The translations under genes and the position numbers were made by a program. Under the pieces are notes generated by a model that was not told the origin of the DNA, did no database searches, and worked only from the letters and a program-made list of their open reading frames with translations. Source: Patescibacteria group bacterium (GTDB taxonomy: Bacteria > Patescibacteriota > Minisyncoccia > RBG-13-40-8-A). From it: DNA of 64,000 nt. The DNA lies in the NCBI GenBank assembly GCA_043807255.1, contig JAZDGD010000001.1:8464-72463 (forward strand), read 5' to 3'. Below, one piece after another: positions 8,913-19,755 of this stretch (its first letter is position 1; every line of letters begins with the position of its first letter).

Positions 8913-9548
8913 ATGTTTCAAAAAAAACCATTTTTTAAACCAGCATTTAAGCCAGCGTTTAGACCGACGGGAAGTCGACCATACAATCGATTTGATAATC
9001 GGTTTGTAAAACCGAACAAAGACAGGATTAACGAACAAATAAAATCATTGGAAGTTCGTGTAATCGATGAAAAGGGGGCCAATTTAGGAGTTTTAAACAC
9101 ACAAGAGGCGTTGAAAATGGCCAAGGACAGAGGATTTGATTTAGTGGAAATTACAGAAAATGTCCAACCACCAATTTGTAAAATCATTGATTACGGAAAA
9201 TATAAATACATACAAGAGAAGAAAGACAGAAAACAACAATCAAGTCATAAAAAAATAGAAACAAAGGGCATTAGAATTAGTCTGACCATATCTCCTCATG
9301 ATTTGGGGATTAGGGCCAATCAGATAGAGAAATTTTTTAAAGAAGGTCACAAGGTTAGAGTCGAAATGAAGTTAAAGGGAAGGGAAAAAGCACATTTTGA
9401 CTTAGCAAAAGAAAAATTAGAATTATTTATAAGTACAATTCCGAAAGGCGCGAAGAAAGAAGAGGAGATTAAGCGTAGCCCGCAAGGATTGGCAGTAACT
9501 ATATGTCAGGCAAAACAAGAGGATCGGTCACAAAACGATTCAAAATAA
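8913..9548 (+). CDS. infC: Translation initiation factor IF-3
   Basis: RINEQI..EVRVIDE.G.NLG and PPICKIIDYGKYKY motifs. Confidence 0.96.
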   Translation: MFQKKPFFKPAFKPAFRPTGSRPYNRFDNRFVKPNKDRINEQIKSLEVRVIDEKGANLGVLNTQEALKMAKDRGFDLVEITENVQPPICKIIDYGKYKYIQEKKDRKQQSSHKKIETKGIRISLTISPHDLGIRANQIEKFFKEGHKVRVEMKLKGREKAHFDLAKEKLELFISTIPKGAKKEEEIKRSPQGLAVTICQAKQEDRSQNDSK

Positions 9549-9700
9549 CAAAAAACAAGAAAATCATTCATCGGGCGCCAGGCCAGAATCATTTGAATTC
9601 AAAAGAGGCTGGCGATGAAAAGCGAGCAAAAAGACATTCCAAAACAGTTGAGACCAAAACCAATATGGTTAGGAATATTATTGAATTTACTAATAGGTAA
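9503..9700 (+). CDS. rpmI: 50S ribosomal protein L35
   Basis: KTRGSVTKRFKIT...H motif; located between infC and rplT. Confidence 0.9.
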   Translation: MSGKTRGSVTKRFKITKNKKIIHRAPGQNHLNSKEAGDEKRAKRHSKTVETKTNMVRNIIEFTNR

Positions 9701-9736
9701 ATAGGTAAACCCCGCCTTGGCGGGGTAAATAGAACA

Positions 9737-10084
9737 ATGACAAGAGTTAAAAGAGGCGTTCAAAAACGCGCCAGAAAGAAAAAAATAATCAAATTAGCCA
9801 AAGGTTTTAAATGGAGACGAAAAACCAATTATCGGGCAGCAAAAGATGCATTAAAACATGCCTGGACTTATGCTTATCGCGATAGAAGAAACAAGAAAAG
9901 AAGTTTTAGAAATCTTTGGAATATTAAGATTAATGCAATTTGCAGAGAGAATGGAATTTCTTATAGTAGGTTTATTAATGCAATAAAAAAAGCTAATATA
10001 GAAATTGATAGAAAGATTCTATCGCAGTTGGCTGAAAATTATCCCGAAACATTTAAGAAGATTCTTGAAGACATCAAAAAATAA
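9737..10084 (+). CDS. rplT: 50S ribosomal protein L20
   Basis: MTRVKRG, AYRDRR.KKR.FR.LW, IDRKILS motifs. Confidence 0.97.
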   Translation: MTRVKRGVQKRARKKKIIKLAKGFKWRRKTNYRAAKDALKHAWTYAYRDRRNKKRSFRNLWNIKINAICRENGISYSRFINAIKKANIEIDRKILSQLAENYPETFKKILEDIKK

Positions 10085-10161
10085 TATAGATATTATTGGG
10101 GGGCCGGCTGATAAGCTTAGGCCCTCTTTTAAATTAAGTCGAATTAAGTTAAGATTAAAAT

Positions 10162-11919
10162 ATGACAATTCGTGAGGAAATCAAATCCGCCGTCGCTAAA
10201 GCTGTGGCGGACAAGGGAGATTCAATCGAATTTACGGTTGAAGTGCCGGAAAATGCAAATTATGGCGATTATGCCACTAATGTGGCTTTGATTTTAGTCC
10301 CTCGATATGACTCGGGACAATCTCCAATGGAGATTGCGAATGAAATTATTTCAAAATTAGAAATTCAAAATTCAAAATTCATCGACAAAGTCGAGGTGGT
10401 CAATGGTTTCATAAATTTTTATCTAAAACCAGAATTTATTCAAGGCCAAGTTAAAGAAATCCTAAAGCAAAACAAAAAATACGGTAGCAATAAAATTGGT
10501 AAGGGCAAAACAGTTATAATAGATTATTCTTCACCGAATATTGCGAAAAAAATGCATGTTGGGCACTTAAGATCGACGATTATCGGCGCTGCGATTTACA
10601 ACGTTTATAAATTTTTAGGATATAAAGTTGTCGGTGATAATCATTTGGGAGACTGGGGAAAACAATTTGGAATAATGCTTGCCGGAATAAGTAAGTATAA
10701 ATATGATCCCAAAAAAATGAACACCCAGGACATGCTAGATGTTTATGTTAAATTTAATAATGAAATGAAGAATGATTTAACCCTTGATGAGTGGGCTAGA
10801 AATGAATTTAAAGATCTTGAAAATAATTTTAGAGAATATAATAATCACTCCAGAAAGGAAAAATATAATACAGAAAATATCAAAACATGGGAAACGTTAA
10901 GAGAAAAGTCGCTCGAAGAGTTTGAGAAAATCTACAATATGTTGGGCATTAAATTTGACGAGTATAACGGAGAAAGTCATTATGAGTCCGTTTTTGGTGA
11001 GGTGGTTAAAGATTGCGAGACGTTAAATTTGGACGGAAAAGATGAAAAATATTTTTTAAGCAATGGGGCCTATTTAATTAATTTAGACGAATTTGGTCTC
11101 GATCCACTTTTAATTAAAAAATCTGATGGGGCGACACTTTATGCCACTAGAGAGCTCGCGACAATAAAGGAAAGGGCCAAAGATAGTCCAGAAAAAATAA
11201 TTTATGTTGTTGGCAATGAACAATCTTTGCATTTCCAGCAATCATTTCAAGCAGCAGAATTATTAAATTATATTTCTAAAGACAAACTCATTCATGTTAA
11301 GTTTGGCCTTATCTTAGATGAGAATCATAAAAAATTAGCCACTAGAACCGGAAGGTTTATCGGTGCGGAAGACCTAATTAACCAAATAATTGAATTGGCA
11401 GAAAAAATCATAAAAGAAAAAAATCCTTCTTTGTCGGAGAAGGAAAGAAAAAATGTTGCAAAAGCCGTAGGTATTGGTGCATTGAAGTATAACGATTTAT
11501 ATCAAAATCGACAAAGTGATATTGTTTTTAATTGGAATAGAATGTTAAGTTTTGATGGGAATTCTGCTCCATATATACTATATACATATGTGAGATTGCA
11601 AAGCATTTTGGGAAAGACTAAATTTGCGGGAAGTTTTAAGTCCGAATTTCTAAAAGAAAACGAAGAATTAAACGTTATAAAAGAACTAATTAAATTCCCT
11701 GATGTGGTCGAAGATTCAGCGGAAAGCTTTCAAATGAATAATTTAGCTAATTATCTTTACGACTTGGCGAGTTTGGCTAATAATTTTTATGAGAAATTTA
11801 ATATATTAAAGGTAGATCATGATACTCGGGGAGCCAGATTGGCCCTGATTAAAGCCGTTACCATTGTCTTAAAAAACGGGTTAAATCTACTAGGTATAAA
11901 TACCATCGAAAAGATGTAA
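10162..11919 (+). CDS. argS: Arginine--tRNA ligase
   Basis: DYSSPNIAKKMHVGHLRST, NHLGDWGKQFG, DALR anticodon domain. Confidence 0.97.
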   Translation: MTIREEIKSAVAKAVADKGDSIEFTVEVPENANYGDYATNVALILVPRYDSGQSPMEIANEIISKLEIQNSKFIDKVEVVNGFINFYLKPEFIQGQVKEILKQNKKYGSNKIGKGKTVIIDYSSPNIAKKMHVGHLRSTIIGAAIYNVYKFLGYKVVGDNHLGDWGKQFGIMLAGISKYKYDPKKMNTQDMLDVYVKFNNEMKNDLTLDEWARNEFKDLENNFREYNNHSRKEKYNTENIKTWETLREKSLEEFEKIYNMLGIKFDEYNGESHYESVFGEVVKDCETLNLDGKDEKYFLSNGAYLINLDEFGLDPLLIKKSDGATLYATRELATIKERAKDSPEKIIYVVGNEQSLHFQQSFQAAELLNYISKDKLIHVKFGLILDENHKKLATRTGRFIGAEDLINQIIELAEKIIKEKNPSLSEKERKNVAKAVGIGALKYNDLYQNRQSDIVFNWNRMLSFDGNSAPYILYTYVRLQSILGKTKFAGSFKSEFLKENEELNVIKELIKFPDVVEDSAESFQMNNLANYLYDLASLANNFYEKFNILKVDHDTRGARLALIKAVTIVLKNGLNLLGINTIEKM

Positions 11920-11922
11920 TTT

Positions 11923-12492
11923 ATGAAATTTAATAATCAATATTATATTCTTCGTCATGGAAAAGCAGTTTCTAACGAACAGAGAATTGTTAGTTCCCAT
12001 CCAGAGAAATTTGAAAATTCTTTAACCGACGAAGGCAGGGAGCAAATTAAAAATGTGGTTGTTGAAATCGAAAAATTAAACATCGATTTAATTTTTGCTT
12101 CCGATTTATTGCGCACAAAACAAACCGCAGAAATTATTGCTGATACGTTAAAATTGGAAATAATTTTTGATAAAAGATTGCGAGAAATAGATATGGGAAT
12201 TTTTAACGGGGGACCAGAAGACGCATGGAATGAATTTTATGAATGCGAGGCCCAACGATTTGTTAAGAAACCAAAAGATGGCGGAGAAAATTATCGCGAA
12301 GTCAAAGAGCGAGCCAAAGACTTTATTGGAGACATAGACAAAAAATATAAAGGTAAGAACATTTTAATTGTGAGTCATGGTTGCGTTTTGTTTAGTATGC
12401 AAGTTATTGTCGGTGGGCAAACAGAAGAGCAGGAGATGTCTTGTAGAAATAATTTGGTTATGAAAAATGGAGAATTAAAAAAGCTAAATTAA
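11923..12492 (+). CDS. Histidine phosphatase family protein
   Basis: LRHG, SDLLRTKQTA, LREI and VSHG motifs. Confidence 0.9.
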   Translation: MKFNNQYYILRHGKAVSNEQRIVSSHPEKFENSLTDEGREQIKNVVVEIEKLNIDLIFASDLLRTKQTAEIIADTLKLEIIFDKRLREIDMGIFNGGPEDAWNEFYECEAQRFVKKPKDGGENYREVKERAKDFIGDIDKKYKGKNILIVSHGCVLFSMQVIVGGQTEEQEMSCRNNLVMKNGELKKLN

Positions 12493-12493
12493 T

Positions 12494-15280
12494 ATGGAAA
12501 AAATTTCAGACATAGAAAAGAAAATATTAGAATTTTGGAAAGAGAACAAAATTTTTAAAAAATCCCTCGAGAAGAAAGGTAAAAATTTTGTATTTTACGA
12601 AGGACCGCCAACTGCCAATGGCAAGCCGGGAATTCATCATGTTGAGGCTCGAGCATTCAAGGATGCAATTCCACGATATAAAACCATGCGGGGCTATCAC
12701 GTAGAAAGGAAGGCTGGCTGGGATACTCAAGGGTTACCAGTTGAACTGGAAGTAGAAAAAGAATTGGGCTTTAAAAACAAGAAAGATATTGAAAATTATG
12801 GCATAGCGAAATTCAATCAAAAATGCAAAGAAAGTGTCTGGAAATATAAAGAAGAATGGGAAAAAATGACAGAAAGAATGGGTTATTGGGTGGACATGGA
12901 AGATCCATATATAACTTATGACAATAATTACATAGAATCTCTTTGGTGGATTATTAAACAAATTTACGATAAAGGATTGGTTTATAAGGGATATAAGGTT
13001 GTTCCACAATGTCCGCGTTGTGGTACGGCTTTATCGTCTCACGAAGTAGCACAAGGATATAAAAATGTGCAGGAAGAATCGGTATATATAAAATTTAAAG
13101 TAAAAGGAAAAGATAACGAATATATTTTGGCCTGGACAACAACTCCATGGACTTTGCCGGGTAATATTGCTTTGGCTATTGGAGAAAAAATCGAATATGT
13201 AAAAATAAAACAAAATAATGAATTTTATTATTTGGCCAAAAATTTATTGGACAAGATCAATGGCGGATATGAAACGATTGAAGAATTAAAAGGCACAAAG
13301 ATGATTGGATGGGAATATGAACCGTTATTTAATGGCGTAATTAAGGGCAATGAAAAAAATACCGAGAATGCATTTAAAATTTACCCCGCAAATTTTGTTT
13401 CCACAGAAGATGGGACAGGCATTGTACATACCGCGGTTATGTATGGGGTAGAAGATTATGAATTGGGCGAAAAAATTGGACTGCCTAAAGTACACACAGT
13501 TAATCTTGATGGAACTTTTAATGAATTAGTTCCGCAATGGAAAGGAAAGTTTGTTAAAGACGCAGAAAAAGAAATTATCGAGGACTTAAAACAAAGAAAT
13601 GTTTTATATAAAACCGAGGCCCATAATCATGATTATCCATTTTGTTGGCGATGTGATTCCCCATTGATTTATTACGCGCGAGATTCTTGGTATTTTGAAA
13701 TGAGCAAATTAAGAGAAAAATTAATTAAAAATAACGAGAAAATTAATTGGATTCCTGAACATGTCAAAGAGGGAAGGTTCGGAGAGTGGTTGAAAGAAGT
13801 AAAAGATTGGGCAATTTCCCGGGAAAGATATTGGGGCACGCCAATACCAATATGGATTTGTGAAAAATGCAACGAAATGAAGGTTATTGGATCGTGCCAA
13901 GAATTGGGTGTTGATGAAAAATTTGATTTACATAAACCATTTATTGACGAAATAAAATTTAAATGTCCTTCGACAAGCTCAGGGCAGGTTTGTGGTGGAG
14001 AAATGAAACGAACTCCAGAAGTAATGGACTCTTGGTTCGATTCAGGAGCGATGCCTTTCGCCCAACATCATTATCCATTCGAAAATAAAAATTTAATTGA
14101 TAAGGGGGAACAATTTCCAGCAGACTTTATTTCCGAAGCCGTTGATCAAACCCGTGGTTGGTTTTATACATTGTTGGCGGTATCTACAATGTTAGGCAAA
14201 GAATCTCCCTATAAAAATGTTATTTGCCTTGGTCATATTTTAGATAAAGATGGACAAAAAATGTCTAAGCACATCGGCAATGTTGTCGATCCGATATTAA
14301 TGATTGAAAAATATGGGGCAGACGTTGTTCGTTGGTATATATATAACGTTAATCAGCCGGGTGAGCCGAAAAGATTTAGTGAAGAAGGATTAAAAGAATC
14401 AGGAAGCATGTTTAATACTTTATTGAATGTGCTGAGTTTTTATAAAATATTTGCCGAAGGAACCGAAATGAAAGACTTAAACGAAAACAAAGACCCAGTA
14501 AACGTTTTGGACAAATGGATCGGTTCCAAATTATCATTATTAATAAAAAACGTTGAGGAACATTTAAATGATTATGATATTTTTAGTGCCACAAGAAAAA
14601 TTCAGAGTTTTATTGAAGATCTTTCTGTTTGGTACGTGCGAAGGTCGCGCGATAGATTTAAAAATGGAGGGGAAGATAAATTGTACGCATTAAAAACCTT
14701 GCGTTATGTTTTGTTCCGCTTATCAGAATTAATGGCTCCATTTACTCCATTTATGGCAGAGCATATATATAAGGAAGTGGGCGGAGGCAGGGAAAGCGTG
14801 CATTTGGAGGATTGGCCGGAAGTAGACAAGAAATTAATCGACGAAAAGCTGGAAGAGCAAATGCAACAGGTGCGAGAAATTTGTAGCATGGGTTTGCAAA
14901 AAAGAGCAGAAGCCGGAATTAAAGTAAGACAACCACTGGCCAAATTAAAAATTAAAAGTCAAAAGTTAAAAGTTGAGCTACTTGATTTAATACGGGACGA
15001 AATTAACGTAAAAGAGGTGGTCATGGACGACAATCTAAAAGAAGGGGTGGTACTTGATACCACTATCACCGAAGAACTCAAGGCAGAGGGCGCTGTGAGG
15101 GATTTTGTGCGCACTATCCAATCAAAACGCAAAGAAATGGGGTTAACTCCGAAAGACAAGATTCGAGTGTATTATTCTGACAACAAGGAAATCGTCGAAA
15201 AGTATGCCGATCAAATCAAAAAGCAAGTAATTGCAGAAGAAATTGTCTTCGGCGATGAATTTAAAATAGAGAAGACATGA
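12494..15280 (+). CDS. ileS: Isoleucine--tRNA ligase (type 2)
   Basis: FYEGPPTANGKPGIHH, WTTTPWTLP, DQTRGWFY, KMSKH motifs. Confidence 0.96.
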   Translation: MEKISDIEKKILEFWKENKIFKKSLEKKGKNFVFYEGPPTANGKPGIHHVEARAFKDAIPRYKTMRGYHVERKAGWDTQGLPVELEVEKELGFKNKKDIENYGIAKFNQKCKESVWKYKEEWEKMTERMGYWVDMEDPYITYDNNYIESLWWIIKQIYDKGLVYKGYKVVPQCPRCGTALSSHEVAQGYKNVQEESVYIKFKVKGKDNEYILAWTTTPWTLPGNIALAIGEKIEYVKIKQNNEFYYLAKNLLDKINGGYETIEELKGTKMIGWEYEPLFNGVIKGNEKNTENAFKIYPANFVSTEDGTGIVHTAVMYGVEDYELGEKIGLPKVHTVNLDGTFNELVPQWKGKFVKDAEKEIIEDLKQRNVLYKTEAHNHDYPFCWRCDSPLIYYARDSWYFEMSKLREKLIKNNEKINWIPEHVKEGRFGEWLKEVKDWAISRERYWGTPIPIWICEKCNEMKVIGSCQELGVDEKFDLHKPFIDEIKFKCPSTSSGQVCGGEMKRTPEVMDSWFDSGAMPFAQHHYPFENKNLIDKGEQFPADFISEAVDQTRGWFYTLLAVSTMLGKESPYKNVICLGHILDKDGQKMSKHIGNVVDPILMIEKYGADVVRWYIYNVNQPGEPKRFSEEGLKESGSMFNTLLNVLSFYKIFAEGTEMKDLNENKDPVNVLDKWIGSKLSLLIKNVEEHLNDYDIFSATRKIQSFIEDLSVWYVRRSRDRFKNGGEDKLYALKTLRYVLFRLSELMAPFTPFMAEHIYKEVGGGRESVHLEDWPEVDKKLIDEKLEEQMQQVREICSMGLQKRAEAGIKVRQPLAKLKIKSQKLKVELLDLIRDEINVKEVVMDDNLKEGVVLDTTITEELKAEGAVRDFVRTIQSKRKEMGLTPKDKIRVYYSDNKEIVEKYADQIKKQVIAEEIVFGDEFKIEKT

Positions 15281-15756
15281 TTAAAACTGAGGCAATAATA
15301 CTCAAAACAACCGACCAGAATGAAACTGGCCGGGTTTTGACTGTTTATTGCGACAAATTGGGAAAGATTAATATTCAGGCGAAGGGCGTGAAAAAGGTGG
15401 AGAGTAAATTGCGCGGACATATTGAAGCAATTTCGTATGTGCAATTCATTCTTGTTGAGGGCAAGAACTCTTTAATTCTAAAAGATGCTTTTTTGTTGAA
15501 TCAATTTTTGAATATTAAAAAAGATTTAGAAAAGATAAAAATCGCCAAACAAATAGCTAATTTAATTGACGAGGCAATGGTTGGGCAGGAGAGAGATGAG
15601 GATGTATGGTTTTTAATTTTAAAAACCATACAGGCGATTGACAGAAGCGACGCTTCTGTCAATTTGGCCGGCATTACAATGACCTTTGAAAAAAAACTGA
15701 TAAATCTTTTAGGTTACGACTCCGAGCACATGCGAGAAATAGAAAATTTGTATTAA
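15277..15756 (+). CDS. recO: DNA repair protein RecO (short form)
   Basis: KTEAIILK...GKINIQAKGVKK..SKL N-terminal OB motif. Confidence 0.85.
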   Translation: MIKTEAIILKTTDQNETGRVLTVYCDKLGKINIQAKGVKKVESKLRGHIEAISYVQFILVEGKNSLILKDAFLLNQFLNIKKDLEKIKIAKQIANLIDEAMVGQERDEDVWFLILKTIQAIDRSDASVNLAGITMTFEKKLINLLGYDSEHMREIENLY

Positions 15757-15775
15757 AAGTGATATAATTAGAAAT

Positions 15776-17614
15776 ATGGAAGATAATTTTCAATTTAAAC
15801 AAACCAATACACAAATTAATCCCGCGTTTCAACCAGGGACAAAACAGAAGGGCGAAGGATTAAAAAGATTTTTTAACAAGAGGAATTTGCCTAAAACCTC
15901 GGCAATTATTATTGTTGTTGGAATTTTAATTATTATTGGCGCAATTCTTTGGGGCAGAAGCTCTTTTGTTAATTCAAGGGTTGAACTAAAAATCCAAACT
16001 TCGGAAAATATTTCTTCGGGGGAGGAAACAATTATTACAATTAATTATGCCAACAACAATAGGGTTAATTTAAATGATGCACGCTTAATTGTTTCTTATC
16101 CACAGGGAACATTTTCTTCAGACGGGAAAGAAATATATCAGGATTCAAAAACCTTAGGCATAATTGCCAAAAAAACACAAAGTGAAGAAACTTTTAAGGT
16201 GAGATTTTTGGGCGAAAAGGGTAGCACAAAAAATATTACTGCGAAATTAGAATATAAACCAGCAAATATTAATTCTCGATTTGAAGCCGAAGCTTCATCA
16301 AAAATAGAAATTAACACTGTTTCAATCGGGATTCATGTTGAGGGGTCAGAAAAATCAGTTGCCGGACAAGAAGTCAGTTATGCCATAGAATATGAAAACA
16401 GAACAGAAGAAACGGTTAATAATTTGGTTATCAAATTAGAATATCCTGATGACTTTAGCTTTAAAACATCTGATCTTGCGCCAAAATCAAAAGATGAAAC
16501 CAGCACATGGGAAGTAGGATCTCTGAATCCGGGAGAGAAAAAAACGATTAATTTAAGTGGGTCGTTAAATGGTCAAGAAATGGAAAATAAGATTTTAAGG
16601 GCAACAATTGGTCAGATGAAAGATGGAAATTTCTTGAAATATAGTTTATCGGATTTTGTAACCCAAATTTCGCCAGCACCAATTGTTCTGTTGGCCAGCG
16701 TTGGGGGGACAGAAAGCGATTGCAAGGTTGATGTTGGGCAGGAGTTAAAATATACGGTTAGTTTTAAAAATAATACCGACATTGCCTTGAGAGAATTAAT
16801 TTTAAAAGTGTATTTGCAAGACGGGGTTTTTGACTTTAGAGAAATAGATTTAGGCGGTAAGGGATTTTTTGATAGCAGGACAAACACGATCACCTGGAGC
16901 GGAGCAGATATTTTGGAATTAAGTTTATTAGATACCAGCCAATCGGGAGAGGTGAAGTTCTTTGTAAAGGTTAAAAATGAATTACCAATTTATAGTTTTA
17001 ATGACAAAAATTTTAAAGCGGGCATAGTTGCTGAAATCCAGACATTAACTGTTCCAGCAAAGTTCGCAGGCACAGAATTAAAATTTGAGAAAGAATTAAG
17101 TTGTAAGATAAATACTCAATTATTTTTAAATACCAAGGGCTACTATTATGAACCGTCACAGGGAATTTATAATACTGGCCCAATTCCACCAAAGGTTAAC
17201 GAACTTACAAATTATACAATCCATTGGCAAATAATTAATGTTTCTAATGATTTGGAAAATGTTATTGTGAAGTCGGTTTTGCCACAGGGCATTAATTATA
17301 TGAATTATTACATCAACAAGTTGAATAAGGGACAGTTTTCATATAATGACCGAACCAAAGAAATAATTTGGAATATTGGCAAGGTACCAGCGGGAACAGG
17401 AAAAACTCTGCCGTTGTATGAACTAATTTTTCAAGTTGGCATAACGCCGTCCATAAATCAAGTTGGTGATTCGCCGATATTAATTAATCAGTCACAAATC
17501 GAAGGCAAGGATATGTTTACGGGAAATAATTTAAATTTAACAAGTCCACCCGTAGATACGTCTGTTCCCGACGACACAAGAATGACTAATTATGGCAAAC
17601 AAGTAGTTGAGTAA
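15776..17614 (+). CDS. Membrane-anchored protein with repeated Ig-like (DUF11-like) domains
   Basis: One N-terminal TM; repeated beta-rich units (GQEVSYAIEYEN, WEVGSLNPGE, GPIPPKV). Confidence 0.65.
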   Translation: MEDNFQFKQTNTQINPAFQPGTKQKGEGLKRFFNKRNLPKTSAIIIVVGILIIIGAILWGRSSFVNSRVELKIQTSENISSGEETIITINYANNNRVNLNDARLIVSYPQGTFSSDGKEIYQDSKTLGIIAKKTQSEETFKVRFLGEKGSTKNITAKLEYKPANINSRFEAEASSKIEINTVSIGIHVEGSEKSVAGQEVSYAIEYENRTEETVNNLVIKLEYPDDFSFKTSDLAPKSKDETSTWEVGSLNPGEKKTINLSGSLNGQEMENKILRATIGQMKDGNFLKYSLSDFVTQISPAPIVLLASVGGTESDCKVDVGQELKYTVSFKNNTDIALRELILKVYLQDGVFDFREIDLGGKGFFDSRTNTITWSGADILELSLLDTSQSGEVKFFVKVKNELPIYSFNDKNFKAGIVAEIQTLTVPAKFAGTELKFEKELSCKINTQLFLNTKGYYYEPSQGIYNTGPIPPKVNELTNYTIHWQIINVSNDLENVIVKSVLPQGINYMNYYINKLNKGQFSYNDRTKEIIWNIGKVPAGTGKTLPLYELIFQVGITPSINQVGDSPILINQSQIEGKDMFTGNNLNLTSPPVDTSVPDDTRMTNYGKQVVE

Positions 17615-17626
17615 CACAATATAAAT

Positions 17627-18943
17627 ATGAAAACAGAAAATTTAATGGAGAAAATTGTTAGTTTATGTAAAAGACGAGGATTTATTTATCCTGGTTCCGA
17701 AATTTATGGTGGGTTTCAGGGTTTTTATGATTTTGGGCCATTGGGCGTAGAAATGAAAAACAATTTGAAACAATTATGGTGGAAGTGGATGACCAAAGAG
17801 CACGACAATATTGTGGGAATTGACGGAGCGATTATTACCAATCCCAGGGTTTGGGAGGCGTCTGGTCATGTGAAAAACTTTGTTGACCCGCTTTCAGAAT
17901 GTAAAAAATGTCATCATCGATTCAAAGATGATGATTTGAATAGTAGAAAATGTCCAGATTGTGACGGAGAATTAACCGAACCAAAACAATTTAATATTTT
18001 AGTTCCAACGCAATTAGGCGTAATTGAAGGAGAGAAAACCAATGCTTATTTGCGCGGAGAAGCGTGTCAAACAATTTATCTTGATTACAAAAATGTTTTG
18101 AATACAACGCGCTTAAAAATTCCTTTTGGGATTTGCCAAATTGGAAAAGCGTTTAGGAACGAAGTAACGCCGGGAAATTTTTTATTTCGACAGCGTGAAT
18201 TCGAACAGTGGGATTTGCAATGGTTCTGCCGTCCATCAGAAATGGAGAAATGGTTTGAGTTTTGGAAAGAGCAAAGAATGAATTGGTATAAAAGTATTTT
18301 CACTAATCCCAAAAATCTTGGATTTTATAAACACGAAAAATTAGCACATTATGCCAAAATGGCATTCGATATTACTTATGAAAATTCTCCATGCGAAATC
18401 AAGGAGATGGAAGGAATTCATTGGCGCGGGGATTGGGATTTATCTGGGCACGCAAAATTTTCTGGACAAGATTTAAGTTATACTGATCCCGAAACAAATG
18501 AAAAATTTATTCCACAAATCGTAGAAACTTCTGGCGGGGTTGATCGGGCGTTCTTGTTTTTGTTAATTGATGCTTATACCGAAGACAAGGACCCCGCAGC
18601 AGACGGGGCAGGGAGGGTTGTTTTAAGATTGCATCCCAAAATCGCACCATATCAAGTTGCAGTTTTTCCGTTATTAAAAAATAAACCAGAATTAATTGAA
18701 AAGGCAAAAGGAATTTACGAAAATCTACGAAAAGAGTTTAACACTGCATGGGATGACAGAGGAAATATTGGTAAAAGATATTTTGCCCAAGACGAAATTG
18801 GTACGCCGTTTTGTGTAACGATCGATTTCGACACACTAGAAAAGGATATTGTTACAGTCAGAGACAGAGACAGCATGAAACAGGAAAGTGTGGGCGTTGC
18901 AGGGCTCAAGGATTATCTCAACGATAAATTAAACAAAAAATAG
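17627..18943 (+). CDS. glyQS: Glycine--tRNA ligase (alpha2 type)
   Basis: SLCKRRGFIYPGSEIYGG, GKAFRNE, REFEQ, IGKRY..QDEIGTP motifs. Confidence 0.96.
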   Translation: MKTENLMEKIVSLCKRRGFIYPGSEIYGGFQGFYDFGPLGVEMKNNLKQLWWKWMTKEHDNIVGIDGAIITNPRVWEASGHVKNFVDPLSECKKCHHRFKDDDLNSRKCPDCDGELTEPKQFNILVPTQLGVIEGEKTNAYLRGEACQTIYLDYKNVLNTTRLKIPFGICQIGKAFRNEVTPGNFLFRQREFEQWDLQWFCRPSEMEKWFEFWKEQRMNWYKSIFTNPKNLGFYKHEKLAHYAKMAFDITYENSPCEIKEMEGIHWRGDWDLSGHAKFSGQDLSYTDPETNEKFIPQIVETSGGVDRAFLFLLIDAYTEDKDPAADGAGRVVLRLHPKIAPYQVAVFPLLKNKPELIEKAKGIYENLRKEFNTAWDDRGNIGKRYFAQDEIGTPFCVTIDFDTLEKDIVTVRDRDSMKQESVGVAGLKDYLNDKLNKK

Positions 18944-18955
18944 GTATTCATTAAT

Positions 18956-18992
18956 ATGTACGGAGAACTGTTCTCCGTACATCTCCGTACAT
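18956..18992. repeat. REP palindrome of RAYT-1 (5' flank, with partial duplication)
   Basis: ATGTACGGAGAAC-T-GTTCTCCGTACAT followed by CTCCGTACAT. Confidence 0.9.
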
Positions 18993-19024
18993 ATCTCATT
19001 GTAAATTTGCTATAATCAATTTAT

Positions 19025-19714
19025 ATGGCAATTAAAAGACCACAATTAATTAATAATGAAATTTACCACATCATTATTAGGGGCGTAGGTGACACGAAAA
19101 TTTTTAAAGAGCAAAACGATTATTATCGTATGATTTTTTCTCTTTACGAATTTAATAATTATAGACCAGTAGAAATTAGGACTCGACGACAAAAAAGAAA
19201 AACAGAGAAGATGTACGGAGAACTGTTCTCCGGCACATTCTCTGACGACAGGGACTTGCTGGTAGAGATTTTAGCATTTTGTTTTATGCCGAACCATGTA
19301 CATTTATTGTTGAGGCAAATTAAAAACAACGGCATTACAAAATTTATGAGGAAGCTTGGGGCTGGATATGGAGGTTATTTTAATAGAAGACACGATCGTA
19401 AAGGACATTTATTCCAAAACAGATTTCAAGCAGTTCACATAAACACAGATGATCAATTGCAAACGGTTTTTGTTTACATTCATTCTAATCCAATATCATT
19501 GGTCGAGCCAAAATGGAAAGAGGTGGGCGTAAAAAATACAAATAAAGCGATTAAATTTATAGAAAATTATAAATGGTCTAGTTATCTGGACTATATAGAT
19601 AAAAAGAATTTTCCATCCATAACTAATAGAAAATTTTTAGGAGACGTAATTGGTAAAAACGAAAAGTGTAAAAAGTTTGTTAATGATTGGATAAAGTATA
19701 AAAATGAATTATAA
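19025..19714 (+). mobile_element. REP-associated tyrosine transposase (RAYT-like, Y1 HUH/IS200 TnpA fold) no. 1
   Basis: YHIIIRG, FCFMPNHVHLLL (HUH), GHLFQNRF, YIHSNP, YKWSSY; flanked by palindromes. Confidence 0.9.
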
Positions 19715-19718
19715 ATAG

Positions 19719-19744
19719 ATGTACGGAGAACAGTTCTCCGTACA
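19719..19744. repeat. REP palindrome of RAYT-1 (3' flank, inverted)
   Basis: ATGTACGGAGAAC-A-GTTCTCCGTACA. Confidence 0.9.
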
Positions 19745-19755
19745 CCTATATTAAT

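Noticed and set aside
19025-19714. Conventional IS200/IS605 element with tnpB
   Set aside because: No tnpB is present, and the palindromic flanks and longer protein fit RAYT-like enzymes better.
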